From IMG/VR virus record IMGVR_UViG_3300028007_000001, positions 14,685 to 78,684 of that record: a stretch of DNA of 64,000 bases; one strand, 5' to 3'. Each line of letters begins with the position of its first letter. Position 1 is the first letter of the stretch. The DNA comes from a virus. The translations under genes and the position numbers were made by a program. The notes below the pieces were generated by a model. The model was given only the letters and a program-made list of their open reading frames with translations, was not told where the DNA came from and did no database searches. Positions 44,976 through 54,398 of this stretch are shown one piece after another.

Positions 44976-45812
44976 ATGGCTGCTGGGGACTTGATCAACC
45001 GGAAGAAGCAGTACGAGTTCCGAAACCTTCTGATCGGATCCAACACGGTCTACGTGGTGGAGCAGGTAGACGGTTTGCACTCAATGCCCGAGATCGAGAG
45101 GACCGACACGGAGTACCAGTTCAAGCATGGCTCTGCTCCTGGCTTCGTTCGCATGGCAGAGCGAGAGATCGAGATCGAGATGAAGATCGACAGCAGCGTG
45201 GACGACATCGGATCCGCCCTTGCTGCCGTCAGGAGTGCTTTCCAACTACCACGACGTAGGTTCTCACGAACTCTGGAACCTTTCGTCTGGATGGATGACG
45301 ACAACATCAAGAAGCGAGTGATGGCACGATGCCTTCGTAGAAACATTCCATCCGACTACGAACTTGCCCTGGGGCTTGGTCAGGTGGATCTTCTCTTGGT
45401 AGCCCCCGACCCAATCATCCTCTCCAACACGCTCAGGAGCGCCCAGGTCAACCTTGGGGTGGGATCTACGAGCGGAAGCGTCGACATCGAGAACCTGGGC
45501 GACTTCGTAGACGGCTACGACCCGACCATCCAGATCCAGGGTCCGTTCGTGAATCCTCGGATCACCAACGAAAACGACGACTTCCGCCAGATCAAGATCG
45601 ACGTGGAAGGCGGGGCCGCAGACGTTCTGGAGATCAACGTCAAGAACAACACGGTCACTCTGAACGGAGTGGACGTGTTCGAAAAGGTTCGGACTGACAA
45701 CCTCTGGTGGTCGGTTCTTCCGGGAACGAATCGGATTGTTTACGACCGTGATGGGTCAGAAGTCTCGGCCGCTTCCAGGCTGACGATCTTCTGGCGAGAC
45801 ACCTGGCAGTAG
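44976..45812 (+). CDS. distal tail protein (Dit)-like
   Basis: Follows TMP; LVAPDPII, WWSVLPGTN, WRDTW. Confidence 0.8.
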   Translation: MAAGDLINRKKQYEFRNLLIGSNTVYVVEQVDGLHSMPEIERTDTEYQFKHGSAPGFVRMAEREIEIEMKIDSSVDDIGSALAAVRSAFQLPRRRFSRTLEPFVWMDDDNIKKRVMARCLRRNIPSDYELALGLGQVDLLLVAPDPIILSNTLRSAQVNLGVGSTSGSVDIENLGDFVDGYDPTIQIQGPFVNPRITNENDDFRQIKIDVEGGAADVLEINVKNNTVTLNGVDVFEKVRTDNLWWSVLPGTNRIVYDRDGSEVSAASRLTIFWRDTWQ

Positions 45813-45821
45813 GGAGAAGTC

Positions 45822-46265
45822 ATGGCTTTCGTGTTCAACGTGGGGAAGGGGCGTGTGCGCCAACTCGTCGCTGACGGAGCGACGATCAAGTGCCTGCTCT
45901 TGAAGACCGCAGAGGCAGATGCAGATCTCAAGGATCGTGACTCGATCCAAGACATTCTGGATCAGGCTGGCAACGTCGAAGCGGACTTCACCAACTACGC
46001 CAGGCAGACCCTCGCCGGTCTCAGTATCACGGTGGACGACGTGACGAATCGAACCGTTGCAAAACATTCCGATGTCACGTGGGTCGGTGCTGGGGGCGCT
46101 GTCAACAACACCTTGGCAGTGGCGATCTTCTACCTCGATGTCGACGGCACCGATCCCAACGCCGTACCTCTTACCGGCCACCAGTACGTGGTGACGACAG
46201 ACGGCACTGACCTTCTGCTCCGGTGTGCAGAGCAGGGGTTCTGGCGATCGCAAGACGGATCGTAG
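45822..46265 (+). CDS. minor tail protein
   Basis: EADFTNYARQTL motif; tail module position. Confidence 0.65.
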   Translation: MAFVFNVGKGRVRQLVADGATIKCLLLKTAEADADLKDRDSIQDILDQAGNVEADFTNYARQTLAGLSITVDDVTNRTVAKHSDVTWVGAGGAVNNTLAVAIFYLDVDGTDPNAVPLTGHQYVVTTDGTDLLLRCAEQGFWRSQDGS

Positions 46266-46283
46266 TTTCGGAAAGGCATAGGA

Positions 46284-47291
46284 ATGGCTCGACGGAGATT
46301 CAACTTCATCAAGGGGCAGACGAGCGACAGCCCTCTCTCTTCTGTGGCGCTGGCGTTCTCTTCTCCTGCTCTGGCGTCTCTTCCTGCCATCACGGCGCCG
46401 GATTACGTTGCCATCACCTTCGACCCCGATGGGAGCGCCCCGGAGATTGCGTGGATCACTGACCACGTAGCCGGATCTCAGGTCGCCACCATCGTCCGAG
46501 AGAAGGAAGGCACTACCGCTGCCGAGTGGCCTCAGAACACGAAGTGGGTCCACGCCCCCACGAAGTACGACTGGGAAGAGGCTGCTTGGAGCATCGGTGA
46601 TCTCCGGTGGTCTACTCGATCTGACCTGGGTCCGAACTGGGAGCAGGTCGATCTTCAAGAGGTCAGTCGTACCGACTATTCCGAACTTTTCGCAATCGTC
46701 GGAACTGCGTTCGGTGCAGGCGACGGACTCAACACCTTCAACCTCCCTGGTGCGTCAGGTCGTGTTCCTGTCGTGGTTGGTAGCGGCGCTGGTCTCACCG
46801 CTCGCAGCCTTGGAGATAGTGGCGGCGCCGAGACTGTGGTTCTGGGAACTCCGGAGATCCCGGCTCACGACCACGGCGCCGCTGGAACTCACTCGCACAC
46901 GATCTCCACCAACGGTGGAGGAAGCCATAGCCACAACATTTCCACTAACGATTCAACGCACTCCCACAACACCGACAGTCATAGTCACTTCCACGACGTG
47001 GGGTACACGACTGACTTGGCAGGTGGTGGTGGCGGTCGTCAGGTCAACAACGCTGCTGGTGGTAACGCCGTAGCCTCAACGTCGAACGAGAGTCATTCTC
47101 ACAACGTGAGCAACAGCACTCACTCACACTCCGGAAACACGAACACTGCGAGCAATCACACTCACACCGGCAATACAAATAACGTTTCTGATCACACCCA
47201 CGCATCTGTCGGTGGAGGTCAGCCGCACCAAAACATGCCTCCCTACTTGGCCGTGGGGTACTTGCACATCAAGGTCAGAGACGACTTGTAG
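46284..47291 (+). CDS. tail fibre protein with phage tail collar domain and His-rich tip
   Basis: YSELFAIVGTAFGAGDGLNTFNLP, EIPAHDH, HSH/HTH repeats, PHQNMPPY. Confidence 0.85.
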   Translation: MARRRFNFIKGQTSDSPLSSVALAFSSPALASLPAITAPDYVAITFDPDGSAPEIAWITDHVAGSQVATIVREKEGTTAAEWPQNTKWVHAPTKYDWEEAAWSIGDLRWSTRSDLGPNWEQVDLQEVSRTDYSELFAIVGTAFGAGDGLNTFNLPGASGRVPVVVGSGAGLTARSLGDSGGAETVVLGTPEIPAHDHGAAGTHSHTISTNGGGSHSHNISTNDSTHSHNTDSHSHFHDVGYTTDLAGGGGGRQVNNAAGGNAVASTSNESHSHNVSNSTHSHSGNTNTASNHTHTGNTNNVSDHTHASVGGGQPHQNMPPYLAVGYLHIKVRDDL

Positions 47292-47324
47292 AGGCTGGAT
47301 CCCGATCGAGGACAGTAGAGACAC

Positions 47325-49379
47325 ATGCCTCTGGGACAGAACGTTTACGGAACTCAACCATACGGAGGGGAGGCATTCCCCTCTATCATTGTCATCGACA
47401 CTGCGGTCGAGGAAGAGTACGGCATCCTCGTGCTGGAGTCGGTCGGTGATGTTCCTCTGCCTGCCGTCGAGGAAGAACTTGAGTCGCCGGTTCTCGATCC
47501 TCGGTTCATCCTCGGGTCCGATGTCACGATGCTCGGCTTCACCGTCGACATCTACGTCGTGGATAAGTTCGGAAATCGGCTTGCCCAACTTCCCAACGCC
47601 AAGGTGAACTCGATCTCAGACGTTCTGAACTCTCCTGACACGGCCTCGATCTCTGTCGACCCGCTCGATCCAGGGGTTCGTAACTTGAGCCTGGTCAACA
47701 AGGAAGTTCAGATCTGGATCGACGGAGATTTGAAGTTCTGGGGCCAGCCGTGGCGAGTAAACGGAAACTTTCGAGAGATCACGTTCGAACTGGAAGATCC
47801 AATGGGGTCTTTCCGAAAGAGGATCATCGACCGTACCTCACTGATCTATACCAGCATCGAGCAGAGAGACATCGCCTGGGAGTTGCTCAACTACGCCCAG
47901 CAAGACACGATGGACGGCCAGACCAATCGTGACCTCAACATCACCAAGGGCGAGTGGAGCGGGGTGTCGAGACTTCGCTCTCGGCAGTATCTCCGAGAAG
48001 AGCACCCCAAGATCTATCAACTCCTGGAAGAGTTCCCTCTCTTGGACGGTGGGTTCGACTGGGATCTCGTATACAACCTCGATGCCGCCGTCTCGTACGA
48101 AGAAGAGGTACTGAAGCGCAACCCGATTGGGTACTGGATTCTTTCGGATTCAGACGACACCGACACGGCGTTGGACAGTTCCGGGCAGGGGCGCCACGGA
48201 GTGATCATGGGGGATCCTCTGAGAGTCTCTGGGATGCTTCAGGACGATCCCTACGGCGCCTTGCACTTCACCGGGGTTGACGAGTACGTCGACATCGAGG
48301 ACGACGTGTGGTTCGACGGTGGTGCCTTCACCGTCGCTGCGTGGGTGCAACTCCACTCCTACGTCGACTACCAGAGGTTGATCGAGTTCGGAGCCGGTCA
48401 GGACAACAGCAACGTCGTCCTGTTCTTGTCTGCTGACGCCGCCAACTCTCGCAAGGTCGGTGCCTTTCAGTTCAACGGTGCGGTGCAGAGCAGCATCGTG
48501 TACGCCCCGTCGTCTCTCAACCTCGACACGATCTACTTCCTCGTCTTCGCCTACGACGGAAACGGAAACCTCAAGATCTACAAGGACGGGGTTCTTTGGG
48601 CGACCCTTGCGTTCGGAGATCCTGACAACGTTCTCAGGACGACCAACTACATCGGAAAGTCGGAGTGGGGGCACATCGGACTCACTCAGGGCATCATCCA
48701 GCACGTCGCCATCTTCTCGGAAGAACTTTCGGATTCTGTCGTCCAGAGGCTCTACGACACAGGACAGGGGACGTTCGACACCCGAGTCGAGCGTCAGTGG
48801 CAGCCATACCACCCCCGCAAGGGGATCGCTCGCATCCGGGAGAAGTTGATTTGGAAGGCAGACGAAGAAGGCAAGGAAGACCTCAGAAACATTTTGTCGT
48901 TCTCTTGGAGCGAGGACGCTGTTGGCATGGCGACGGAGGTATACGCCCTCGGAGGAACGTCGTCTGAAGGCATCCGGTTCGAAGGTATCCATGAGAACGT
49001 TTCCAAGAGCGCAGAGTATGGCGTTCTGCAAGAGGTCTGGTCAGAAGGCGACACACTCGACACGACATGGCTCACCGACAGGGCGAAGCGAGAGGTTCTC
49101 GATCGAGAAGAGCCTGCCGTTGCAGTCAGCATCACAGGCGCTCAAGGCGTAGACCCAGACCTGGCGAGCACGATCGACGTTGGTGATTGGCTGCCGATCG
49201 TCATTGATCATGGGAGGATTCAGGTAGACGCCTACTATCGGGTGTCTACGAAGATCTGGAGGCCCGACAACACCTTCGATCTGGAGTTCGACCCTGAGTA
49301 CCGGACAGAACTCGACTGGTACGACTACCGAGATCACTCTTGGCAGTCGTTGGAGAACAAGGCATGGAGTGACCTATGA
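47325..49379 (+). CDS. tail tip/hub minor tail protein with inserted LamG/ConA-like domain
   Basis: Central NPIGYW...GALHFTG...FTVAAWV..IYKDG...IGKS LamG pattern within a hub-like protein. Confidence 0.7.
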   Translation: MPLGQNVYGTQPYGGEAFPSIIVIDTAVEEEYGILVLESVGDVPLPAVEEELESPVLDPRFILGSDVTMLGFTVDIYVVDKFGNRLAQLPNAKVNSISDVLNSPDTASISVDPLDPGVRNLSLVNKEVQIWIDGDLKFWGQPWRVNGNFREITFELEDPMGSFRKRIIDRTSLIYTSIEQRDIAWELLNYAQQDTMDGQTNRDLNITKGEWSGVSRLRSRQYLREEHPKIYQLLEEFPLLDGGFDWDLVYNLDAAVSYEEEVLKRNPIGYWILSDSDDTDTALDSSGQGRHGVIMGDPLRVSGMLQDDPYGALHFTGVDEYVDIEDDVWFDGGAFTVAAWVQLHSYVDYQRLIEFGAGQDNSNVVLFLSADAANSRKVGAFQFNGAVQSSIVYAPSSLNLDTIYFLVFAYDGNGNLKIYKDGVLWATLAFGDPDNVLRTTNYIGKSEWGHIGLTQGIIQHVAIFSEELSDSVVQRLYDTGQGTFDTRVERQWQPYHPRKGIARIREKLIWKADEEGKEDLRNILSFSWSEDAVGMATEVYALGGTSSEGIRFEGIHENVSKSAEYGVLQEVWSEGDTLDTTWLTDRAKREVLDREEPAVAVSITGAQGVDPDLASTIDVGDWLPIVIDHGRIQVDAYYRVSTKIWRPDNTFDLEFDPEYRTELDWYDYRDHSWQSLENKAWSDL

Positions 49380-49996
49380 CCCTCAACGGAGTCACCCGCA
49401 GCAAGACCGGCCTCTACATCCCTGACGTGACGGATACGTCCGTCCCGGAATCTCTGATCGCAATGGGAGACGGTCTTGAGAGCCTCGATGACAAGATCGG
49501 AAAGGTTCTCATTGCCGAGGTCGAGTTGCTGGCAGACACCGCATCCTTCGACTTCCAGAGCATCCCTGACGACTTCACCCACCTTCTGATCTGTGGATAC
49601 GCCCGGAGCACCAGAGCATCCAGCAACGACTCCATCGTCCAGTCGTTCAATGGGGATACGACAGACGCCAACTACAACCGCCAGTCCTTCCTCGCCAACT
49701 CCACGACCCTTTCGGGGGCGATCGCAAGCGACAGGGTGGCCGGACACATTCCAGGCAACAGTGCCACTGCGAACAGGTTCGGAGCCTTTGAGATTCTCAT
49801 TCCGAACTACGCTCAGGCGACCAACAACAAGGCGACTCTTGCCCGGTCGTGGTATACGAGCACAGGCGCAGTTGCTCTAGCCTTCTACGGAACTCAGTGG
49901 GCCAACAACGCCGCCATCAACCGAGTGGTCTTGTCGCTCGGGACGGGACCGAATTTCCTTGCTGGCTCTCTGGCAAGCCTCTACGGACTGGGGTAG
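49376..49996 (+). CDS. minor tail / receptor-binding protein
   Basis: SFDFQSIPDDFTHL, FLAGSLASLYG C-terminus. Confidence 0.7.
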   Translation: MTLNGVTRSKTGLYIPDVTDTSVPESLIAMGDGLESLDDKIGKVLIAEVELLADTASFDFQSIPDDFTHLLICGYARSTRASSNDSIVQSFNGDTTDANYNRQSFLANSTTLSGAIASDRVAGHIPGNSATANRFGAFEILIPNYAQATNNKATLARSWYTSTGAVALAFYGTQWANNAAINRVVLSLGTGPNFLAGSLASLYGLG

Positions 49997-49999
49997 GTC

Positions 50000-50230
50000 A
50001 TGGATGAACTTTCGGAAATTGTAACAGTCGACTGCTCCACAGGAAAGGTGACTCGACGCCCTCCCACAGAGCAGGAGATCGAAGAGCACGAACTCCAGGT
50101 CGCCAAGACAGCCGCAGACGAGTTCTTGCGAGGCGCCCTGGCCGCTCAAGCCATCGAAGACCTTCGAAGCCTCGCTCCGTCCGAAGAGTTTGCTGACCAC
50201 GTTCTTCGGATGATCGGCTGGATCCCGTAG
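50000..50230 (+). CDS. tail fibre chaperone-like small protein
   Basis: VDCSTGKVTRRPPTEQEIEE motif. Confidence 0.6.
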   Translation: MDELSEIVTVDCSTGKVTRRPPTEQEIEEHELQVAKTAADEFLRGALAAQAIEDLRSLAPSEEFADHVLRMIGWIP

Positions 50231-50250
50231 AGATCAAGGACGTATGAGCC

Positions 50251-50835
50251 GTGCCTGGTGGAAACGTTAGCAAAGATTCTGATCCCGCATCGGTACTTCT
50301 CGACTTGATCCATCGAGTAGAGAAGTTGGAGCGTCGTGCCATCCCTACTGGCACGATCGGAGAGTTTCATCTGAGTTCAGAATTCCTTGCAAACATTCTC
50401 AAGGGAAACTGGGATTTCAGTGTGCTTTCTACCACCGATCCCTCGGCCGTTGGAGTTATCACCGACTGGGGCGACCCTGTTACGGAGTGGATCGAGTTCG
50501 ATGACTACCCGGAGGGCAAGACTATCCAGGTATTCGCAATGATTGTGGGAAGCGCCAACGCTCTTACGACTTCCGAAGTCAACCGAGGGTGGATGCGATC
50601 AGGGGTCTCTATCGACGGAGGATCCTCGTATTCCTGGGGTAACGCACAGTACGTCTTCTCAGGAGGGGCGACCAACACCCGATTGATGGGAGGCGTAGGG
50701 ATTGCCACAGTCGTTGGAGTGCCAACTGGAATCATTCGGGTTGGCGCTCAATGCGAGCACGATTCGGGACCAACCAATGGCAACTACCGCTTCCAAGGAG
50801 GGAACCTCTTTGGCATGTGGAGTGTCGTCGCCTGA
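50251..50835 (+). CDS. minor tail protein
   Basis: N-terminal coiled coil LIHRVEKLERR, beta-rich C-terminus. Confidence 0.6.
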   Translation: MPGGNVSKDSDPASVLLDLIHRVEKLERRAIPTGTIGEFHLSSEFLANILKGNWDFSVLSTTDPSAVGVITDWGDPVTEWIEFDDYPEGKTIQVFAMIVGSANALTTSEVNRGWMRSGVSIDGGSSYSWGNAQYVFSGGATNTRLMGGVGIATVVGVPTGIIRVGAQCEHDSGPTNGNYRFQGGNLFGMWSVVA

Positions 50836-50876
50836 GAAGTAACGGTCAACCTACGTATGTATGGCACAATAGGTGG

Positions 50877-51605
50877 GTGCCCGAACTGCGTGATGGATCA
50901 ACTGCCGAGGACGTGAGACTCGACCGCCTCGTTCTTTTCGATGAACGAAGCAGAGAGTTTCCGATCAGCACTGTCGTTGAAGGACTACCTCTCAGGTCTC
51001 GGTCCTGGTGGTGTCCCCCGCACCTTGATCAAGGCCGTGAGGGTGCTTGCGTAGGCTTTGCCTGGGCGCACGAACTCTGCGCTGTGCCCAAGATGCACGG
51101 AGTGACGGCCGACTTCGCACGCACCCAGATCTACTGGGAGGCTCAGAAGATCGACCCTTGGGATGGAGGCGCCTACCCCGGCGCCTCTCCCTTCTACGAG
51201 GGGACGGCTGTTCTCGCAGGAGTCAAGGTTCTGCAAAAGCAGAATCTTTACGAAGGCTACCGATGGGCCTTCAACATCGAGGACGCCATGAGGGCTATCG
51301 CATACGAAGGCCCAGTCGTCATGGGACTTCCCTGGTACGAGTCGATGTACGACACTGATCGTGACGGTTGGCTTTGGGTGGACCGCTCTTCTCGCCAGGT
51401 CGGAGGTCACGCCATCCTCGCCCGAGGCGTTCTTCTCAAGTCACCACTCGGAGAAGTGATCAGATTCCGAAACTCTTGGGGCAAGTCCTGGGGGGTCAAC
51501 GGGGACTGCTTCATCCGGGTCGAAGACGTGGAGTGGTTGCTCAAGAACCAGGGAGAAGTTTGCGTTCCCTACGGCCGCAAGAACAGGAGGACCGCAAATG
51601 GGTGA
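50877..51605 (+). CDS. papain-like (C1) cysteine peptidase
   Basis: LDQGREGACVGFA (Q...C), GGHAILARG (H), RNSWGKSWG (N). Confidence 0.9.
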   Translation: MPELRDGSTAEDVRLDRLVLFDERSREFPISTVVEGLPLRSRSWWCPPHLDQGREGACVGFAWAHELCAVPKMHGVTADFARTQIYWEAQKIDPWDGGAYPGASPFYEGTAVLAGVKVLQKQNLYEGYRWAFNIEDAMRAIAYEGPVVMGLPWYESMYDTDRDGWLWVDRSSRQVGGHAILARGVLLKSPLGEVIRFRNSWGKSWGVNGDCFIRVEDVEWLLKNQGEVCVPYGRKNRRTANG

Positions 51606-51711
51606 CGAGGACATCGTTCACGAAGACGAAGAGGTCGACGCCGAACCTCAATTCCTGAGCGAAGAAGAGATGGCCTTCCGCCAGGACGAACCCGACATCC
51701 ACAAGGACTGA
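51598..51711 (+). CDS. 37-aa highly acidic peptide in frame with the amidase
   Basis: AGGAGG RBS; MGDEDIVHEDEEVDAEPQFLSEEEMAFRQDEPDIHKD. Confidence 0.5.
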   Translation: MGDEDIVHEDEEVDAEPQFLSEEEMAFRQDEPDIHKD

Positions 51712-51714
51712 CCG

Positions 51715-52659
51715 ATGGCAACGATCGTGATCCAGATGGGACACGTTCCCCGGACTCGGGGAGCGACAGGTACTCACCGAGAGCAGGAGTTCAACAGGGC
51801 TGTCGCCCCTCGCATCGAGGCGAGGCTCAGATCGCTTGGGCATACGGTCCATGTGATCGGCGCAGACATCCGCCCTCCCTCCAGCGACGTGTTCGTGTCG
51901 CTGCATTGCGATGGCAGCACGAACCGTGCTCGCCACGGCGCCTCGGTAGGCTACGTGCCAGGAGATGCCACTGACCAGCGACTCGCTCACGCTTGGAAGC
52001 GAGCGCACCAGCGGCACGGATACAGGTGGGGGTTCCTTCCTGACAACTACACCAGGAATCTTTCCGGTTACTACGCATGGAACTCTCGGGACTCTCGGAG
52101 TACGAGAGCGACCTACAAGTTCCTCGCTGAGCACGGCCACACGACGAATCCCGAAGAGGAAGCGTGGCTCTTTAGCAACCTGGATCAGTGCGCTCAGGCG
52201 CACGTGGATGCGATTGGAGAAGTCGTGGGACACCCGAACACCTACGCCCGCCCGGCCGGACTTCCCGCCCGAGACAAGATCGTGACGGGAGTCGTCGTTC
52301 CGAAGACCTCTCCGAATTCGGAAGGTTTCTATCCGACGTGGATTCTCGATGTGTCAGGAGGGGTCTTCACCCTGCATCGGGCGAAGTTCTACGGATCGGT
52401 TCCCGGACTCGGCATCGACCTGCCGAGGGCGGGGCTTCGGGCCACAGACATCGTGCCCACTCCCACCGGGAAGGGCTACTACGTGCTCGACTCCGGGGGT
52501 GGGGTCTACACCTTCGGTGATGCCAAGTACGAGGGCGCCGTGCCCGGCCTGAAGGACGCTCCTGCGTACCAGAGAGGGCGCTCGTACGTCGGCCTGTCGA
52601 TCACCCCAGGCGGGTACACGCTCGTCGGTGACGACGGATTCGAAGTGGCATTCGCATAG
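51715..52659 (+). CDS. endolysin: N-acetylmuramoyl-L-alanine amidase (Amidase_3-like) with C-terminal repeats
   Basis: IVIQMGH, E, VSLHCDG, FLAEHG; C-terminal GGVFT/GGVYTFGDA repeats. Confidence 0.85.
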   Translation: MATIVIQMGHVPRTRGATGTHREQEFNRAVAPRIEARLRSLGHTVHVIGADIRPPSSDVFVSLHCDGSTNRARHGASVGYVPGDATDQRLAHAWKRAHQRHGYRWGFLPDNYTRNLSGYYAWNSRDSRSTRATYKFLAEHGHTTNPEEEAWLFSNLDQCAQAHVDAIGEVVGHPNTYARPAGLPARDKIVTGVVVPKTSPNSEGFYPTWILDVSGGVFTLHRAKFYGSVPGLGIDLPRAGLRATDIVPTPTGKGYYVLDSGGGVYTFGDAKYEGAVPGLKDAPAYQRGRSYVGLSITPGGYTLVGDDGFEVAFA

Positions 52660-52728
52660 CCACATACGTTTAGGGAGGTAATCAGTCCGTAGTCCGGTTT
52701 AGGACTCCTGGCCCTGGCGGGTACAACA

Positions 52729-52956
52729 GTGGGTGAACCAAACTCAGTGCTAGAGATCCTTGACGCTGCTGGAACCATCGGTCTCTTGGTCGTCATCGTG
52801 TTCGGTGCGCTCAAGGGCTGGTGGGTTCCCGGATGGGCGTACAAGAACGCCTTGCGGGAGATCGAGCAGTGGAAGGATCTCGCCTTGACAGGGACAGAGA
52901 TTGCTGAACGGTTGGTGAGGCGTGATGTTGGGGGTCGTCGTGCATCGGACTCGTGA
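52729..52956 (+). CDS. small membrane protein (holin-like)
   Basis: Single TM followed by GWWVPG. Confidence 0.6.
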   Translation: MGEPNSVLEILDAAGTIGLLVVIVFGALKGWWVPGWAYKNALREIEQWKDLALTGTEIAERLVRRDVGGRRASDS

Positions 52957-53200
52957 GCAGATCGAGAGTCCCGCTGACCTGCGGACGGTTCTCTCTGCGT
53001 TGGCGACCGATTGCCGTACTCAGGATCTCCCTGAGATCGACCGCACTCCCCACATGGAGATCACTGCCGAGAACCTCCGGATCCGGCAAGCACTGATTCT
53101 TTCGGAATTTCCTACGGAGGAACTGGAAGAAATCAGGAACAACGGCTCGACCAAGCACTCCAAGATGCTTGTTGCCGAGATCGTTCGACGGATGCTCTGA
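52922..53200 (+). CDS. hypothetical protein in lysis cassette
   Basis: ORF in operon. Confidence 0.5.
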   Translation: MMLGVVVHRTREQIESPADLRTVLSALATDCRTQDLPEIDRTPHMEITAENLRIRQALILSEFPTEELEEIRNNGSTKHSKMLVAEIVRRML

Positions 53201-53222
53201 ACCCTGTCAAGGAGGTAGGCAA

Positions 53223-53570
53223 GTGGAGTTCGTTCCGATGGCGGCAGTCGCCGCACTGACCAAGAAGGTCATCGACTTCCTGAAGTACGTCCAGAACCGA
53301 GACTGGAACGGTGTCGTGACTCAGGCGATCGTCTGGGGCGCCGGGGTTCTCGTCATCTGGCTCGTATCAGGGACGGCGTGGGCCACCGGAATCACGGTGG
53401 GGAACTTCAACCTTTCCGATCTGAACGCCGAGAGCATCGTGTTCGTCGGACTCACCCTGTCGTCTCTGAGTTCGGTCGTGCTTCACGACGTTCCTCAGCA
53501 GTTGGACCCGACCGTGAAGACGACCCACCAGAAGTTGACCCGCTTGAGAGGGTCGGGAGAATCCGAATAG
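53223..53570 (+). CDS. holin
   Basis: GGAGG RBS; 2-3 hydrophobic segments; last gene of late operon. Confidence 0.7.
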   Translation: MEFVPMAAVAALTKKVIDFLKYVQNRDWNGVVTQAIVWGAGVLVIWLVSGTAWATGITVGNFNLSDLNAESIVFVGLTLSSLSSVVLHDVPQQLDPTVKTTHQKLTRLRGSGESE

Positions 53571-53592
53571 TCCTGCGGTTACCCCCCGCTCG

Positions 53593-53629
53593 GAAGGTGG
53601 AGGCCCCTTCGGGGGCCTTCATCTTTTTT
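53593..53629 (+). terminator. intrinsic terminator ending the late operon
   Basis: AAGGTGGAGGCCCC-TTCG-GGGGCCTTCATCTT followed by T-run. Confidence 0.9.
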
Positions 53630-53731
53630 CGGATTCCGGGAGGTACCGCCACCAACGCTTGTAGTAGTCGTGCCACGCCAGGGCAGTGATCGAGATCAGT
53701 GCCAAGTCGACCAGCGTCAGGGCGAACTTGA

Positions 53732-54019
53732 TCACGACTCCACCCCGGCGCTCTTCTTCAGCGCCCAAGAGAGGCGCTCAGCGGCTTCCTGAGCGTCTGC
53801 CCAGGCGATGTCACGCTGATCCTGCTCCGACACGCCGAGGTAGTCATTCAGGGCGATCCGGAGGCAGCACTTCCATCGGTACGCCTCTGCGGTGGACGAC
53901 GTGGGGAATCGGTTCACCAGATCTGCGTAAAGTTTCTCAACAGCGTCCTTGGAGTTGCCTCTGCTGGTGCGAGCGGCAAACGCCTCAAGATGCTGAACAA
54001 GGGTCCGTCTCGGAGCCAC
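53732..54019 (-). CDS. hypothetical protein
   Basis: GAGG RBS; operon continuity. Confidence 0.6.
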   Translation of the reverse strand: MAPRRTLVQHLEAFAARTSRGNSKDAVEKLYADLVNRFPTSSTAEAYRWKCCLRIALNDYLGVSEQDQRDIAWADAQEAAERLSWALKKSAGVES

Positions 54020-54026
54020 GGTCGTA

Positions 54027-54398
54027 CTACTTCCTCAGTTTCGATCCACAGACAGTGCAGGCGAGGGCACGACGGCCTCCTGTCGTCACTCCCTCTGCCC
54101 AGTCATGCTCGGCGTCACCGACCAAGCACGGAGGGGCGTTCGCAAAGTCGTATCCTTCCATAGCCTCTTCGGCCAGGTCTTCGATTTCTTGGTCTGTGAG
54201 AATCTTTCCGGTCTTCGTGACGTAGAGATCTCCCTCAGAACGAGACGCTTCGATAGCATCTTGCTCTGCCATCACGGCTACGTGCATGTCACGGATGGCC
54301 TTGTCGTCCGTCTCGCAACTAGGACAGATCCCGATGCTTTCAGCAGCATCTCGGGTAATGAACACCCCGCAGATGTCGCATCGAGGTTGGGCGCTCAC
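54027..54398 (-). CDS. Zn-finger hypothetical protein
   Basis: CDICG...CPSC; CLVG..H...CTVCG. Confidence 0.65.
   Translation of the reverse strand: MSAQPRCDICGVFITRDAAESIGICPSCETDDKAIRDMHVAVMAEQDAIEASRSEGDLYVTKTGKILTDQEIEDLAEEAMEGYDFANAPPCLVGDAEHDWAEGVTTGGRRALACTVCGSKLRK

Noticed and set aside
39912-45080. Long antisense ORFs (385 aa, 908 aa and similar ones opposite portal, protease and DnaE)
   Set aside because: Shadow ORFs expected from GC-rich codon bias opposite real genes; no motifs or RBS
46860-47230. His-rich repeats as a DGR target or novel metal system
   Set aside because: HSH/HTH repeats are standard in tail-collar fibre tips; no reverse transcriptase or template repeat in the window
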